Origin: Promethearchaeota archaeon
GTDB taxonomy: Archaea; Asgardarchaeota; Lokiarchaeia; Sigyniarchaeales; SOKP01
DNA length: 64,000 nt
Direction: 5' to 3'
Assembly (NCBI GenBank): GCA_011364925.1
Contig: RDOA01000014.1
Span: 14,532-78,531, forward strand
The notes under the pieces were generated by a model that searched no databases, had not been told where the DNA came from, and was given only the letters and a program-made list of their open reading frames with translations. Made by a program: the position numbers and the translations under genes. Numbering within the stretch: position 1 is the first letter of the stretch; the number at the start of each line of letters is the position of its first letter. Positions 1-11,265 of this stretch are shown here, piece by piece.

Positions 1-55
1 CTGCTAAAGCAAGCTTCTTAACATATTCAATAATATCTTCTTAAAATATCCTCTC

Positions 56-1681
56 ATGCAAGATAATAAAATTAGCATCATTCCTAAACCAGTAAACTTA
101 ACTTTTAGAGAAGGTAATTTCATTCTTACAGAACAGACCACAATTGAATCAGAGAAGGGACTCAAAGACACGGCAGAGTATTTTAAAAACCTAATTTCAA
201 CTGCTACGGGTTTTAATTTGGCAATGTCTGATCTTACTTCTGGATTGAACAAATCCAATACGATATCTTTAGAACTCACCGAAAAATTGGACAACCTGGG
301 TGAAGAAGGATATTGTTTAAAGATTAATCAAAATAGAATTATTTTAACTGCACATAAATCAGCCGGAATTTTTCATGGTATTCAAACCATTCGTCAGTTG
401 CTACCAATTGAAGTAGAGAAAAAGGCAAAATTATCTAGTTTCGAATGGGTGATTCCCGCTCTTGAAATTGAGGATTATCCTCGTTTCTCTTGGAGAGGTT
501 TTATGTTGGACGAAGGACGCCATTTCTTTGGAAAAAATGTGGTAAAACATATTCTCGATTTGATGGCGTATTTTAAAATGAACGTGTTTCATTGGCACCT
601 TACAGAAGATCAAGGGTGGAGAATTGAAATAAAAAAATACCCTAAACTTACTGAAGTTGGATCAAAGAGAAAAGAATCGCAAATTGGTGGTTTCCTCAGC
701 AAAAACACTGATGGTACACCTCACGAAGGATATTATACTCAAGAAGAAATAAAAGAGATAATTTCTTATGCGGACAAACTTTTTATTAAGATTGTCCCAG
801 AAATTGATATTCCTGGTCATTCAATGGCAGCTTTAGCTGCTTATCCTGAATTTAGCTGTACTGGGGGTCCATTTGAAGTATCAACTACTTTTAGTGTTAA
901 GCAAGATGTTTTTTGCGTAGGTAAAGAAGCAACTTTTAAATTCTTAAATAATGTCTTAGACGAGATTGTTGGGCTCTTTCCATCTGACATTATCCATATA
1001 GGTGGGGATGAGGTCCCTAAAAAAAGATGGGAAACGTGTCCTGATTGTCAAGAAAGAATAGAAAAAGAAGGTTTAAAGAACGAGAAAGGACTTCAAGCGT
1101 ATTTCACTGATCGAATCATGAAGTCTTTATCTTCTCATGGTCGTAGAATCATGGGTTGGAATCAGATTCTAACTGAAAGTTCAAATAAAGAAATCATCGC
1201 TCAAAAATGGCTTTTTGGAAAAAATTTGATTAAAAATCATTTAACAAAAGGAGGAAACGTGGTTTTTTCTCAATTTGGTTATACTTACCTCGACTACTCT
1301 TATGCACTAACATCCCTTAGTAAAACCTACTGGTATGAACCTATTCCTAAAAGCTTGCTAAAAAATTATCACATCAACATTCTTGGTATTGAGGCTCCAA
1401 TGTGGACAGAATGGGTGAGGAATGTGAAAGAACTAGACTGGCAAACCTTTCCACGCCTAATCGTTTTTGCAGAATCCAATTGGACTCCCAGAGAACAAAA
1501 AAACTTTAAATCTTTTAAAAATCGACTTGAATCTATCCTTAAACGATTAGATATTATTGGAGTACAATACGCTCATAAAAAAGAGTACCAGCCTTCTATT
1601 GTTAAGAGAATTTTTGGGTTTTTTACAATATTTCGAGAGCCAAAAAGAAGTTCTCTCCATTCTAGATGGAAAGCTTTTTAA
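56..1681 (+). CDS. GH20 beta-N-acetylhexosaminidase
   Basis: DYPRFSWRGFMLDEGRHF, FHWHLTEDQGWR, PEIDIPGH and catalytic HIGGDE motifs; no signal peptide evident. Confidence 0.93.
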   Translation: MQDNKISIIPKPVNLTFREGNFILTEQTTIESEKGLKDTAEYFKNLISTATGFNLAMSDLTSGLNKSNTISLELTEKLDNLGEEGYCLKINQNRIILTAHKSAGIFHGIQTIRQLLPIEVEKKAKLSSFEWVIPALEIEDYPRFSWRGFMLDEGRHFFGKNVVKHILDLMAYFKMNVFHWHLTEDQGWRIEIKKYPKLTEVGSKRKESQIGGFLSKNTDGTPHEGYYTQEEIKEIISYADKLFIKIVPEIDIPGHSMAALAAYPEFSCTGGPFEVSTTFSVKQDVFCVGKEATFKFLNNVLDEIVGLFPSDIIHIGGDEVPKKRWETCPDCQERIEKEGLKNEKGLQAYFTDRIMKSLSSHGRRIMGWNQILTESSNKEIIAQKWLFGKNLIKNHLTKGGNVVFSQFGYTYLDYSYALTSLSKTYWYEPIPKSLLKNYHINILGIEAPMWTEWVRNVKELDWQTFPRLIVFAESNWTPREQKNFKSFKNRLESILKRLDIIGVQYAHKKEYQPSIVKRIFGFFTIFREPKRSSLHSRWKAF

Positions 1682-1686
1682 CTTTC

Positions 1687-2580
1687 TTAATCTCCTCTAA
1701 GAACATCTCTGATTTCTCTATATCCAATTATTTTTAAATCAAGCTCTTTAACGCATTCTTTAAGTTTTGGATCAGTAAAAGCTTGATAATCCAGATCTCG
1801 CCATTTTGCTGAATCTGGTGTTATAGATTCTAATTCAGGGCTCATTTTTGCGGGGTGGAATAAAAAATGTGTAATCCCCGGTTTAATCTCTTTAAGCATT
1901 TTACAATAGTATTCTGTTTTATTAGAACTATCTCCCATTGTTTCAGTAAGTATATTATCGATTAATGGAGTCCCTTTTTTCTCCAAATTATCAAGCAATT
2001 TTAGGTAAAAATCTGCTAGTGCTCCTAATCCTCTAACTTCTAATTCATTTCTCGAAATTCGAGGTAAAAACGCTGGAACGTTAAACTCTCGGGCTATCTT
2101 CAAATAAGAAGGGAGAAATTTAGGTGCCATAACCGTACTCATATGCGTATCAATGTGAGTTACATCGATACCGTTATCAATCGCCATTTGGACTTGAGCT
2201 CGCATTTCCGCTTCTGCTGCTTGAGAGGATATGTGACCAATTGCTTCTTCCGTCGTTCGCCATAAGGATCCCTCAGAGTCGAGCAAACCAGTTTTAGGGT
2301 CTACACTACTCAAAGCTCGCCATCTGTAAAGATCATATTCACTGGTTAGAGTCATATGAACGCCAATATCATAGGAGGGCTTTTTTCTGCAAATTGATGC
2401 GGTCTCCAAAAACCAAGGAGCAGGAACTATTGCTGCACCACAACTAGCAACACCAAAATCCAAACATTCAAAAGTAGCTACATTCGAAGCGTGAGAAAAT
2501 CCAACATCATCTATGTGTAAAATGACAACCTTATCCGTACTTTCAAAACCAAGTTTATCAATAAGCATGGTTAAATACAT
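1687..2580 (-). CDS. ChbG/YdjC-family carbohydrate deacetylase
   Basis: HIDDVG, GVHMTL, THIDTHM and FHP metal-binding motifs. Confidence 0.85.
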   Translation of the reverse strand: MYLTMLIDKLGFESTDKVVILHIDDVGFSHASNVATFECLDFGVASCGAAIVPAPWFLETASICRKKPSYDIGVHMTLTSEYDLYRWRALSSVDPKTGLLDSEGSLWRTTEEAIGHISSQAAEAEMRAQVQMAIDNGIDVTHIDTHMSTVMAPKFLPSYLKIAREFNVPAFLPRISRNELEVRGLGALADFYLKLLDNLEKKGTPLIDNILTETMGDSSNKTEYYCKMLKEIKPGITHFLFHPAKMSPELESITPDSAKWRDLDYQAFTDPKLKECVKELDLKIIGYREIRDVLRGD

Positions 2581-2634
2581 CCTTTTTTGCTTAAAAAATG
2601 ATATGATAATTTTTATTTCTAAAAAACTCTATGG

Positions 2635-4143
2635 TTATAGAATCCCATTCCAGGCTTTAAGTAGTGGATCATCATTAGTTTCTATTAATTCTGGATTCAC
2701 ACTCAATTTCATTACAGATCGCTTTTCTAAATTATATCCAAGCCATTTTGGAATTTTTTCATTATCGGGATTGCCTGTGCGAGCAAATGTTATCCAAGTA
2801 TTCATCATAATGTTTGTTAATTTCTTTGACTCCTCGCTAATCTCCACAGCTCCTTCTGCAGCATCGTTTTTATCAATTGTATTAAACACAAACGGGATTT
2901 CAAAAGTATGAAGCGCAAATCCGAATTTAGGAGACTTATAGGAAAAAACATAGCAATAGATTTTCGACTGATGAGTGGCGTGTGCTTCGAGTTGACGGAC
3001 AATTGGAATTTTAAACATCGAATCGGATAAAATTTCGCTCCAGAATAGCATTGGATTATCAGGATATCTCTTTTCCAAAATTTCTCTATAAAGAACAATA
3101 AGTTTTTCTAAATCTTCTTTACTCATCATATCTTTTTGTATAGATGACCGGACAAACTTTAAAATTACTTTTTTCTTCACAACATTTGAGTTGTTCAATA
3201 TTTCAGATAAAAATCCTAATTCGTTTTCGTTGTAACCTATCATAACTGGAACTTGATGATTATCGCCCTTACGAATTATTTCAATAGGCTGTTCTGGAAT
3301 GATTTTACCATCCATCCAAGGCCAGAAGGGGCTACTTTTAACATTTAATATGCCACCCACGATCTTTTTTTGTGTCGCAATTATCTTTTCTAATGCCACG
3401 CTCCTCAATTCATCAACATTTTCCTTATCAATACCTAACTTGACAATAAATTCCTTACCACCATCTATTGATCTTTTCGGTTCAAAATTTTTTGGATTTG
3501 CGTTTCCACTTTGAATAATAGCTCTGTGAAATAAATCCTTCGAAGAAGGTATAGCAAGCAGTATAGCAACTGATTGTCCACCAGCTGATTCACCGAAGAT
3601 TGTTACGTTATCTGGATTCCCTCCAAAAACTTCAATATTTTCTTTAATCCATTTTAAAGCTAAGATTTGGTCTTGAATTCCAAGATTGGGAGGTATACCC
3701 GGTAAATTGAGAAATCCTAATGCTCCTATGCGATAATTGAAGCTAACTACTACAACATTTCCATAAGAAGCGAGCTTTGCTCCATCACTTCGAGGCCTAC
3801 TTCCTGCTCCAATAAAGAAACCTCCTCCATGTATCCAAACCATGACAGGTCTTTTTTTATTGTCCGAAGCCGGTGTCCATATGTTAAGAAATAAACAATC
3901 TTCATCCTCGGGCAACTCAATTTTTGGATCGTCGTTTTGATGCTGAGGTGCTATTGGACCAAATTGGGTACAATCTCTTATTTCATCCCATTTTTCTTTT
4001 GATTGAGGCTCTCTAAATCTAAGATCACCAATAGGCGCTTTTGCGTACGGAATTCCTTTATAACTTTCTACTCCCTCTTCTATAAATCCTTGAACTCTTC
4101 CCGATTTAGTGAGAACCACTCCTGTCTTATTCATCTTCTCCAC
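2635..4143 (-). CDS. Type-B carboxylesterase (pNB-esterase-like)
   Basis: EDCLFLNIW, WIHGGGF oxyanion hole, GESAG nucleophile elbow; GTG start. Confidence 0.92.
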   Translation of the reverse strand: MEKMNKTGVVLTKSGRVQGFIEEGVESYKGIPYAKAPIGDLRFREPQSKEKWDEIRDCTQFGPIAPQHQNDDPKIELPEDEDCLFLNIWTPASDNKKRPVMVWIHGGGFFIGAGSRPRSDGAKLASYGNVVVVSFNYRIGALGFLNLPGIPPNLGIQDQILALKWIKENIEVFGGNPDNVTIFGESAGGQSVAILLAIPSSKDLFHRAIIQSGNANPKNFEPKRSIDGGKEFIVKLGIDKENVDELRSVALEKIIATQKKIVGGILNVKSSPFWPWMDGKIIPEQPIEIIRKGDNHQVPVMIGYNENELGFLSEILNNSNVVKKKVILKFVRSSIQKDMMSKEDLEKLIVLYREILEKRYPDNPMLFWSEILSDSMFKIPIVRQLEAHATHQSKIYCYVFSYKSPKFGFALHTFEIPFVFNTIDKNDAAEGAVEISEESKKLTNIMMNTWITFARTGNPDNEKIPKWLGYNLEKRSVMKLSVNPELIETNDDPLLKAWNGIL

Positions 4144-4257
4144 TTTTCAGTATTTATTTAGGAATAAAACTCATCCTATTATTAAAACTCTCCTCTTAAA
4201 ATTATTCTTTAATTTCAAATTAGAAAAAAAAAGAGGATAACTCTTTTAAGACGATTT

Positions 4258-4872
4258 TTACCAAATAGAAAAGTCTTTTTCTTTGGAAAAATCTCTCTTT
4301 AAAGGCTTTCCAGTTAATAAAGTGAGATACCGTATACGTGCTGATTGTTCTGCCCCAGTAACATACTGTAGTGCGTCTTCTAATGTCATTCCCTTAGCAA
4401 AAATCCCATGACCTCTCACTACGACGAATGGATAGTTTTTAAGCATTTTAGGCACCTCAATTGATGTGTAATATGCACCTGCTGGGATTTCTACATCAAT
4501 AATTGGAATTTTTTTGTACAGCGCGAAACCTTCAGCGTCTATGCACGTGATCTCATCTTCAATTAAAGATAAAGCTACGCAGTAAGGATTATGAGCGTGA
4601 ATCACAGCCATTGCGTCAGTTTCTAAGTAAATAGCTCTGTGAACTCCAAGCTCGGTACTTGCGATAAGCGAACTAGAGTCTTCTTCTTTTAATTCACATT
4701 CGACCAAATCTTCTATTTTCAAATCACCTAACATTGCAGCTCTTCTTTTAATAATAATTTTACCTCCACTTTTAATGGAAATATTCCCTGAATGTGAAGT
4801 ATTATAACCATGTCTTACTAAATGCTTCCCAACTTTCTTGAATATCTTATATATTGATTCATCAACAACCAT
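4258..4872 (-). CDS. Class II aldolase (archaeal FucA-like; probable rhamnulose-1-phosphate aldolase in this context)
   Basis: SGNIS, STELGVHRAIY, IHAH, RGHG Zn-binding motifs; last gene of the rhaA-aor run. Confidence 0.85.
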   Translation of the reverse strand: MVVDESIYKIFKKVGKHLVRHGYNTSHSGNISIKSGGKIIIKRRAAMLGDLKIEDLVECELKEEDSSSLIASTELGVHRAIYLETDAMAVIHAHNPYCVALSLIEDEITCIDAEGFALYKKIPIIDVEIPAGAYYTSIEVPKMLKNYPFVVVRGHGIFAKGMTLEDALQYVTGAEQSARIRYLTLLTGKPLKRDFSKEKDFSIW

Positions 4873-4891
4873 AATTTAATTCCTTTTTTAA

Positions 4892-6682
4892 CTATATTTG
4901 TTTAATTCCAAGCTTTTCTAAAGTTTCTAGTTTTGGAATTCCTTGTTCGTCCCATCCGCGAATAAAATAATATTGTTCCAACATTGTTTTTAGTGGTACT
5001 ATAGACCCTTTAGAAAAACCTTCCTGTAAAGGTTCATTTATAAATCTTGGTGGTAAAATATCGTCACCTCTGCCCAATCCTTCTCTAATATTAAAAATCC
5101 TTTCCAGATTATATATTCTTTCTCCAATTTCAAGAAGTTTCATTACATCATAATCAATTCCTGTAATAGCTTTCAAAAATCGAGCGTAATAATCAAGTCC
5201 TAAAGCCCAACCTGCAAAAGCACATATAACAAGGCTATCTTCAATTGCCTTCTGATTTTGTTTTAATATTAGTAAATCTGGTTTACCAGCAATAGTAAAC
5301 CTATCGATTTTTTTGGGTGCAGCAAATATTTCTAAAGAGGCTAAATAGCCAGTAAGATGGCATCCTCCTCTTGTGGATGTAGCATAACCTAATGCGTGTC
5401 CTATAGCGCCTCTTGGATCGTAAGCAGGTAACTCTAATCCCTTTACTTGCATGGCTATATCTTCAGAACCGTATCTTTTGGAAAGAATTTTTGAACCCTC
5501 ACTAATTTGTGCCCCGATCCCCTCTTTAAATGCAATCTTTCTTACCAATTCTTTTAATATGCCGGAATTTCCAAAAATAAGAGAAGGATCATCTATATGT
5601 CCCTTCTCTTGTAACTCCATGGCACACGCAATACTCCCACCACAAGATATAGTATCAAGTCCATATAGATTACACAAATAATTTGCTTGTGTAACTGAAG
5701 TTAAGTTAAAAATTCCAAGATTAGGACCAAGTGCCCAAACAGATTCATACTCCGGGCCTTTACCTCTCATATCACCCGCCTTCGTTAACCTTCCACATCT
5801 AATAGGACACGCATAGCAACCTTCGTGTTCTTGTGTAAGATTTTTATCTATCTTCTCACCACTTACTTGAACTGCTCTCTCATCGAAACCTCTTTGAAAG
5901 TTATTAATTGGAAACATACCTAGAATATTAATCACATTTACCAAGGCGGATGTTCCAAACTTAGGTAAAGATGAACGGGTAATAGGGACAACTTTTATCT
6001 TATCTTGTGCAACCTTTACATATTTTTTTAGTAAGTCTTGATCGTTTATTTCAACTTTGGCATTACCGCCTTTCACAACGACTGCTTTGAGCTTTTTGGA
6101 ACCCATAACAGCTCCTACACCACCTCTGCCAAAAGCCCTAGCAGCATCGTTCATTATAGAGGCTATTTTTACTAAATTCTCCCCTGCTTGGCCTATCATC
6201 AAGGCATTAATTTTGTTTCCTTCGATCTTTTTTAATTCTTCAAAAGTTTTTTCAGTGTCGGTACCCCATAAATTTGAGCTTTCTTTTAATAAAACTCCAT
6301 TTTCGCCGTCGATTAATAGATAGCCCAGTTCTTTTAACTTTCCTTGAATTATAATACCATCATAACCACATTTCTTCATTATAACGCCAAAAGAACCACC
6401 AGAATTTGAGTAAAATATTCCGTTTGTCAAGGGAGATTTTGTAACTAATGAAAATCTTCCATTGGTGGGAACTATCGTTCCACCAAAAGGACCTGTTGAA
6501 AAAATTAATAAATTCCTCTGATCTAAAGGGTCAGTTTTTATCGGAAGCTTATCCAGTAATAATTTTACTCCTAAACCTCGCCCACCGATGTAATCTGACA
6601 AAATTTTTTCAGGAACAGTCACTTCCCTGAACTTTTCACGATTTAAATCTACTTCTAAAATTTTATTATTTAATCCTTTCAT
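4892..6682 (-). CDS. aor: Aldehyde:ferredoxin oxidoreductase (W/Mo-pterin AOR family)
   Basis: GRGGVGAVMGSKKLKAV, CYACPIRC Fe-S motif, GPEYE, DTISCG, RGGCH, DSLVICAF. Confidence 0.92.
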   Translation of the reverse strand: MKGLNNKILEVDLNREKFREVTVPEKILSDYIGGRGLGVKLLLDKLPIKTDPLDQRNLLIFSTGPFGGTIVPTNGRFSLVTKSPLTNGIFYSNSGGSFGVIMKKCGYDGIIIQGKLKELGYLLIDGENGVLLKESSNLWGTDTEKTFEELKKIEGNKINALMIGQAGENLVKIASIMNDAARAFGRGGVGAVMGSKKLKAVVVKGGNAKVEINDQDLLKKYVKVAQDKIKVVPITRSSLPKFGTSALVNVINILGMFPINNFQRGFDERAVQVSGEKIDKNLTQEHEGCYACPIRCGRLTKAGDMRGKGPEYESVWALGPNLGIFNLTSVTQANYLCNLYGLDTISCGGSIACAMELQEKGHIDDPSLIFGNSGILKELVRKIAFKEGIGAQISEGSKILSKRYGSEDIAMQVKGLELPAYDPRGAIGHALGYATSTRGGCHLTGYLASLEIFAAPKKIDRFTIAGKPDLLILKQNQKAIEDSLVICAFAGWALGLDYYARFLKAITGIDYDVMKLLEIGERIYNLERIFNIREGLGRGDDILPPRFINEPLQEGFSKGSIVPLKTMLEQYYFIRGWDEQGIPKLETLEKLGIKQI

Positions 6683-6688
6683 ATGATA

Positions 6689-7969
6689 TTATGTTCTTTT
6701 CATTAAAGTGTTAATTTCATATTCTTCCACACTTTTAATCCAATCTTTCCCTACTGGGACATTATTTTTATAGCAATAATAATCCCATACAGCCCCAAAA
6801 GGAAGAGTTTTAAGTTCTTCTAAGAGTGCCAGCCTTTGGAAGTATTTTTCATTAATTTCATACTCTTTTAAGACTTCCCAAGGTTGGAGTAAAGCGTATA
6901 GTATGCTTTTCAAAGTTGATCTTGAACCGATTACCCATGCTGCAATTCTATTAATAGATGCGTCAAAATAATCCAATCCTAGAAAAATTTTATTTAGTTC
7001 ATTACTTCGAATTATCTCTTCAGCGATTTGAATCAATTGATCATCAAGAACAACAACATGATCGGAATCCCACCTCAAACCTCGACTTATATGAAGGAAT
7101 ATTCCCTTAATGAAAGGTAAAATAGCTGAGATTTTATCTGCTACAGATTCCGTTGGATGAAAATGACCTGTATCAAGCGTTATCATAAGGTCATTTTTTA
7201 GAGCATAACTTAAGTAGAAATCGTGACTTCCTACTACATAAGCTTCACTTCCTATCCCAAACAATTTTCCTTCTAAAGAATCTTGAATGTATCTAGAATC
7301 TAATTTCTGTTCAAAAATTCTATCTAACGAATCTTTTAATAGTTCTCTATGACCGGCACGATCAACCGGAATATCTTTTGAGCCATCAGGAATCCAGATG
7401 TTATGAATAACCATCTTATCTAATTGCCTTCCAATATCAACGCTTATTTCACGACAGCGCTTTACATGCTCAATCCAAAAGTTGCGAATTTCATTAGATT
7501 TATTGCTCAATGTATAACTTGAATTTGCTTTTGGGTGAGAAAACAAGGTAGCATTAAAGTCTAATCCCAAAGTCTCCTTTTTAGCCCAATCTATCCAAGA
7601 TTGGAAGTGATCCACTTCTATTTTAGTTCTATCTACAGCTGATTCTCCAAAATCGCCATAAATTGCGTGCAAGTTAACCCTATGTCTCCCAGGTATAAGA
7701 AACATTGCTTTTTTCAAATCCATTTGAAGTTCGCTAATTGTTCTTGCCTTACCAGGATAATTGCCTGTTGCTAAAATTCCCCCTCCGGAAAGTTTTGGAT
7801 TAGGATTTTCAAATCCGCCAACATCATCTCCTTGCCAACAGTGAACTGAAAGTGATATTTTTTCTAAATCTTCAAATACATGCTCAATGTTTACTCCAAG
7901 TTCACTATATTTCTTCTTAGCTATCTCGTACGATGTTTCTATTTGATTATTATTCATGAGTATTATCAC
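6689..7969 (-). CDS. rhaA: L-rhamnose isomerase
   Basis: SVHCWQGDDVGGFE, NLHAIY, WIPDG, EGKLFGIGSE, DTGHFHPTE, RWDSDHV, GLDYFDASINR; start may be the ATG at 7957. Confidence 0.95.
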   Translation of the reverse strand: MIILMNNNQIETSYEIAKKKYSELGVNIEHVFEDLEKISLSVHCWQGDDVGGFENPNPKLSGGGILATGNYPGKARTISELQMDLKKAMFLIPGRHRVNLHAIYGDFGESAVDRTKIEVDHFQSWIDWAKKETLGLDFNATLFSHPKANSSYTLSNKSNEIRNFWIEHVKRCREISVDIGRQLDKMVIHNIWIPDGSKDIPVDRAGHRELLKDSLDRIFEQKLDSRYIQDSLEGKLFGIGSEAYVVGSHDFYLSYALKNDLMITLDTGHFHPTESVADKISAILPFIKGIFLHISRGLRWDSDHVVVLDDQLIQIAEEIIRSNELNKIFLGLDYFDASINRIAAWVIGSRSTLKSILYALLQPWEVLKEYEINEKYFQRLALLEELKTLPFGAVWDYYCYKNNVPVGKDWIKSVEEYEINTLMKRT

Positions 7970-8122
7970 ATCTATTAGAAAACATATATATGAAAATGAT
8001 ATATTTAGCTGTTCTTTAAACTAATTGATTCAACTTGTATTAAATGGGGATAATAGTTCATTTCAATTATTATAAGATAGTAAAAGTTATTAATTAATTA
8101 TAGAATTAATTTGTGAAAAAGC

Positions 8123-11100
8123 ATGGTTGATATAGAATGGAACAACTTTCGAAATCCTCCTAAATCCTCTAGACCTATGGTTAGATGGTGGTGGACAGGC
8201 TTAGATGTAGAAAAAGATGAGCTTATTAAAGAATTTCAAGAATTGGATGAAAAGGGATTCTTAGGGGCAGAAATTCAAGTATTCATGATTGGTTCACCCA
8301 TGAATTTAGAAAGGATCGACATAGAAAGAGCAAAAAGATCTCATAGATTCATGCAACCTTACTACTATGAAATGATAAAAATATTATTAGATGAGGCGGC
8401 AAAAAGAGATATGATTCTTGATTTAACGATTAGTTCTTCTTGGCCAACTGGGGGCGTTCACATCGATAAAAAAGACTCCATGAAGACTCTAATGATTGGT
8501 CAAAGGGTACTTGAAGGACCCTTAACATATTCTGACAAAATACCTGAAATGGTGATTCCCGCTAAACAAGGATTAGCCGCAATAGTAGACTATCGAAATG
8601 AGAGGAAGTTAGTTGCCCTCATTGCTGCGAAACCCACTGGAAAACCGGGAAAAATCAAATTTAGGAATATTAAGACATCATATTTAGATAAATCTTCAAT
8701 AATTGACTTAACAGACAAAGTTGACAAAGATGGTATTTTAAATTGGGAAGTTCCAAATGGAACATGGCAACTTTTTTCATTCTTTAGTTGTCCCTCTGGA
8801 GTTATGCCATTATCAGATTCTAGGTCTGAATTTAACAAAACTAGTTTGGTAATAGATCATCTTGCATCTGATCCGATTCGAAGGCATTTAGATCTTCACT
8901 TAGGAGAAGGAAAGAAATATTTTGGAGAGCACTTTGGAAAATCATTAAGAGGTTTTTTTACAGATAGCTTAGAATTAGCATCTAATTGGTTATGGACAGA
9001 AGATTTTCTTAAAAAATTTAAACAAAAGAGAGGCTATGACATCAGACCTTTTTTACCAGTTTGTTTTGTTCCTAATAGAGATAATAAATATCAACACGGA
9101 AGACACGAGTTAATCCCGGTATATGACTTTATGGGAGGGATTGGAGAAAAAATTAGATATGATTACGAGTTAACAATTTCAGACCTTTTTTCAGAGGAAT
9201 TAGTCCAAACCATGACAGATTGGGCGGAAGAAAACAATTTAAAAAATAGGATTCAAGGATATGGACTGAGAGCAGACACATTAAAAATTTATGGAATTTC
9301 TCACATTCCCGAAACCGAACAATTATTTGCTGGTGGAATAATTGATTTCCTAAAATTTGCTGGATCTGCGGGTACAATATACGGCAAATCAATTATAACT
9401 GCAGAATCAATGGTATGGAATCAAAGAGATTATATGACTACACCTCTAAAGTGGAAAGTAACGGCTGATAGGTTATTCTCATCAGGAGTTAATCAGATGA
9501 TCTATCACGGTTATCCTTATCAAAATCCTTTATTTCCTTATCCAGGGTTTTGTGGATTCTCAACACCCTATTTACCAGCACCATGGAACTTTTCCTCAAA
9601 TTTTAGCAGAAGTAATCCATTCTGGGATTTTTTTCCAATAATTAATGAATATATATCAAGATGTCAATATGTTTTGCAACATGGTAGAACTGTTAGTAAA
9701 GTAGCGATATATTATTCCATATTTAATTATTGTGATGATATTTTAAAAAAAGAAGAATTAGTTGGAGGGTATTTAGATGAATATGATGCTCCTTTAAGTC
9801 AAGGAGCAATTAACGCTCATGTGAAAAAAGCTGACAAATTAGACTACAATGAACGGTGGACATCTTCCTTTTTGAAAATAACTGACGAATTAAACTCCTT
9901 TGGTTATTACTATACCCATCTGAACGAAGAATCCATTCTTAACAGCACATTGAGAGATAATAAATTAATAATCAGAGAAACAGAATTTGAAACTTTAATT
10001 ATGCCAAATATTGATAAAATTTCTTTCGAATTGGCCAAAAAGGTAAAAGAGATCGCTAATTCGGGTATACCCATAATATTTATAAATTCAATCCCTTTAG
10101 AGCAACCAGGATATTTAAATTACGAGAAAAATGACAAAGAGATCAAAAAGCTTATTGAAGAGTTATTGGAAGCTCAAAAAATTTATCTTATTAACAATGT
10201 AAATGAGATTTCGAGTTTTATTTTGAATAAATTAGAAGTTAAACCAGGATTATGCTTTGATGAACCGGAGACATCAATACATTACATACATAAAAAAACA
10301 ACGAATTCTGATTATTATTTCCTCCGGAATTCCCAAAACTACCCTAAAAAAGCACATATCAAGTTTTCACATCCTGATAAAATTCCTTTTATCTTGAATC
10401 CTTGGAACGGTGAAATATTTCAAGCTCCACAATACAAGCGAGACAAGATGTATTTAGAAATAGATTTGTTTTTTCAAGCCTATGATTCTATAATTATAGA
10501 ATTCAAGAAGGCTGATGAGGAGATTCATGTAATAGAGAGTCCAATAATGATTGAGAGATATAATAAAAAATTAGTGAGTTATATAGATAAAGTAGGACAG
10601 TTCGATATTAAATTGAGTAATCAGAGTTTAAATACAAAAAATATTAATGAAAACGATTTATTATCTATACCGATACAACATTTCAATTTTAAGACCAAAA
10701 TTCGCGATTATCTAGGAAATCTCAAACTAATCGAGATGGAAATGGGTGAATTAAAAGATTGGAGGGAGATTCCTGAATTAAAATATTGTTCAAGTAAAGG
10801 AACCTATTTATTTAAGTTTGATTTAAATAAAGAGATTTCTATTGACGACCATTGTGTTATTATATCAATCGAACATGTACACGATGTAGCAGTTGTTAAG
10901 GTAAATGGAACCGAATTTTCTCCATTATTAGTATATCCATTTACTCAAGAGATTACCTCATCAGTTAAATTCGGAGAAAATACTGTAGAGATAGATGTTA
11001 CTCCTACCTTGAGGAATCGTTTGATTGGTTACGGAAGACAAGGAGGAGAAAATTGGATAAATCATAAGAATAAAAAGGAATTCATGCCATCAGGCTTAAT

Positions 11101-11146
11101 TGGTCCAATTTTTATTAAAATCGTGAAGAAAGTTGTATTTTTGTAA
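8123..11146 (+). CDS. GH106 alpha-L-rhamnosidase-like glycoside hydrolase
   Basis: RPMVRWWW N-terminus, FFTDSLE, PETE, GVNQMIYHG, C-terminal PSGLIGP; divergent from rhaA. Confidence 0.82.
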   Translation: MVDIEWNNFRNPPKSSRPMVRWWWTGLDVEKDELIKEFQELDEKGFLGAEIQVFMIGSPMNLERIDIERAKRSHRFMQPYYYEMIKILLDEAAKRDMILDLTISSSWPTGGVHIDKKDSMKTLMIGQRVLEGPLTYSDKIPEMVIPAKQGLAAIVDYRNERKLVALIAAKPTGKPGKIKFRNIKTSYLDKSSIIDLTDKVDKDGILNWEVPNGTWQLFSFFSCPSGVMPLSDSRSEFNKTSLVIDHLASDPIRRHLDLHLGEGKKYFGEHFGKSLRGFFTDSLELASNWLWTEDFLKKFKQKRGYDIRPFLPVCFVPNRDNKYQHGRHELIPVYDFMGGIGEKIRYDYELTISDLFSEELVQTMTDWAEENNLKNRIQGYGLRADTLKIYGISHIPETEQLFAGGIIDFLKFAGSAGTIYGKSIITAESMVWNQRDYMTTPLKWKVTADRLFSSGVNQMIYHGYPYQNPLFPYPGFCGFSTPYLPAPWNFSSNFSRSNPFWDFFPIINEYISRCQYVLQHGRTVSKVAIYYSIFNYCDDILKKEELVGGYLDEYDAPLSQGAINAHVKKADKLDYNERWTSSFLKITDELNSFGYYYTHLNEESILNSTLRDNKLIIRETEFETLIMPNIDKISFELAKKVKEIANSGIPIIFINSIPLEQPGYLNYEKNDKEIKKLIEELLEAQKIYLINNVNEISSFILNKLEVKPGLCFDEPETSIHYIHKKTTNSDYYFLRNSQNYPKKAHIKFSHPDKIPFILNPWNGEIFQAPQYKRDKMYLEIDLFFQAYDSIIIEFKKADEEIHVIESPIMIERYNKKLVSYIDKVGQFDIKLSNQSLNTKNINENDLLSIPIQHFNFKTKIRDYLGNLKLIEMEMGELKDWREIPELKYCSSKGTYLFKFDLNKEISIDDHCVIISIEHVHDVAVVKVNGTEFSPLLVYPFTQEITSSVKFGENTVEIDVTPTLRNRLIGYGRQGGENWINHKNKKEFMPSGLIGPIFIKIVKKVVFL

Positions 11147-11265
11147 CTATAAATCTTCAAAAATTTTTTTTATTAGCTCGAAATCAGAAGAAAGAAAATC
11201 ATTTTTATATATATTAATCAATCTATTTGAGATCATATAAAATTTTAATAAAAAGATGGATATTA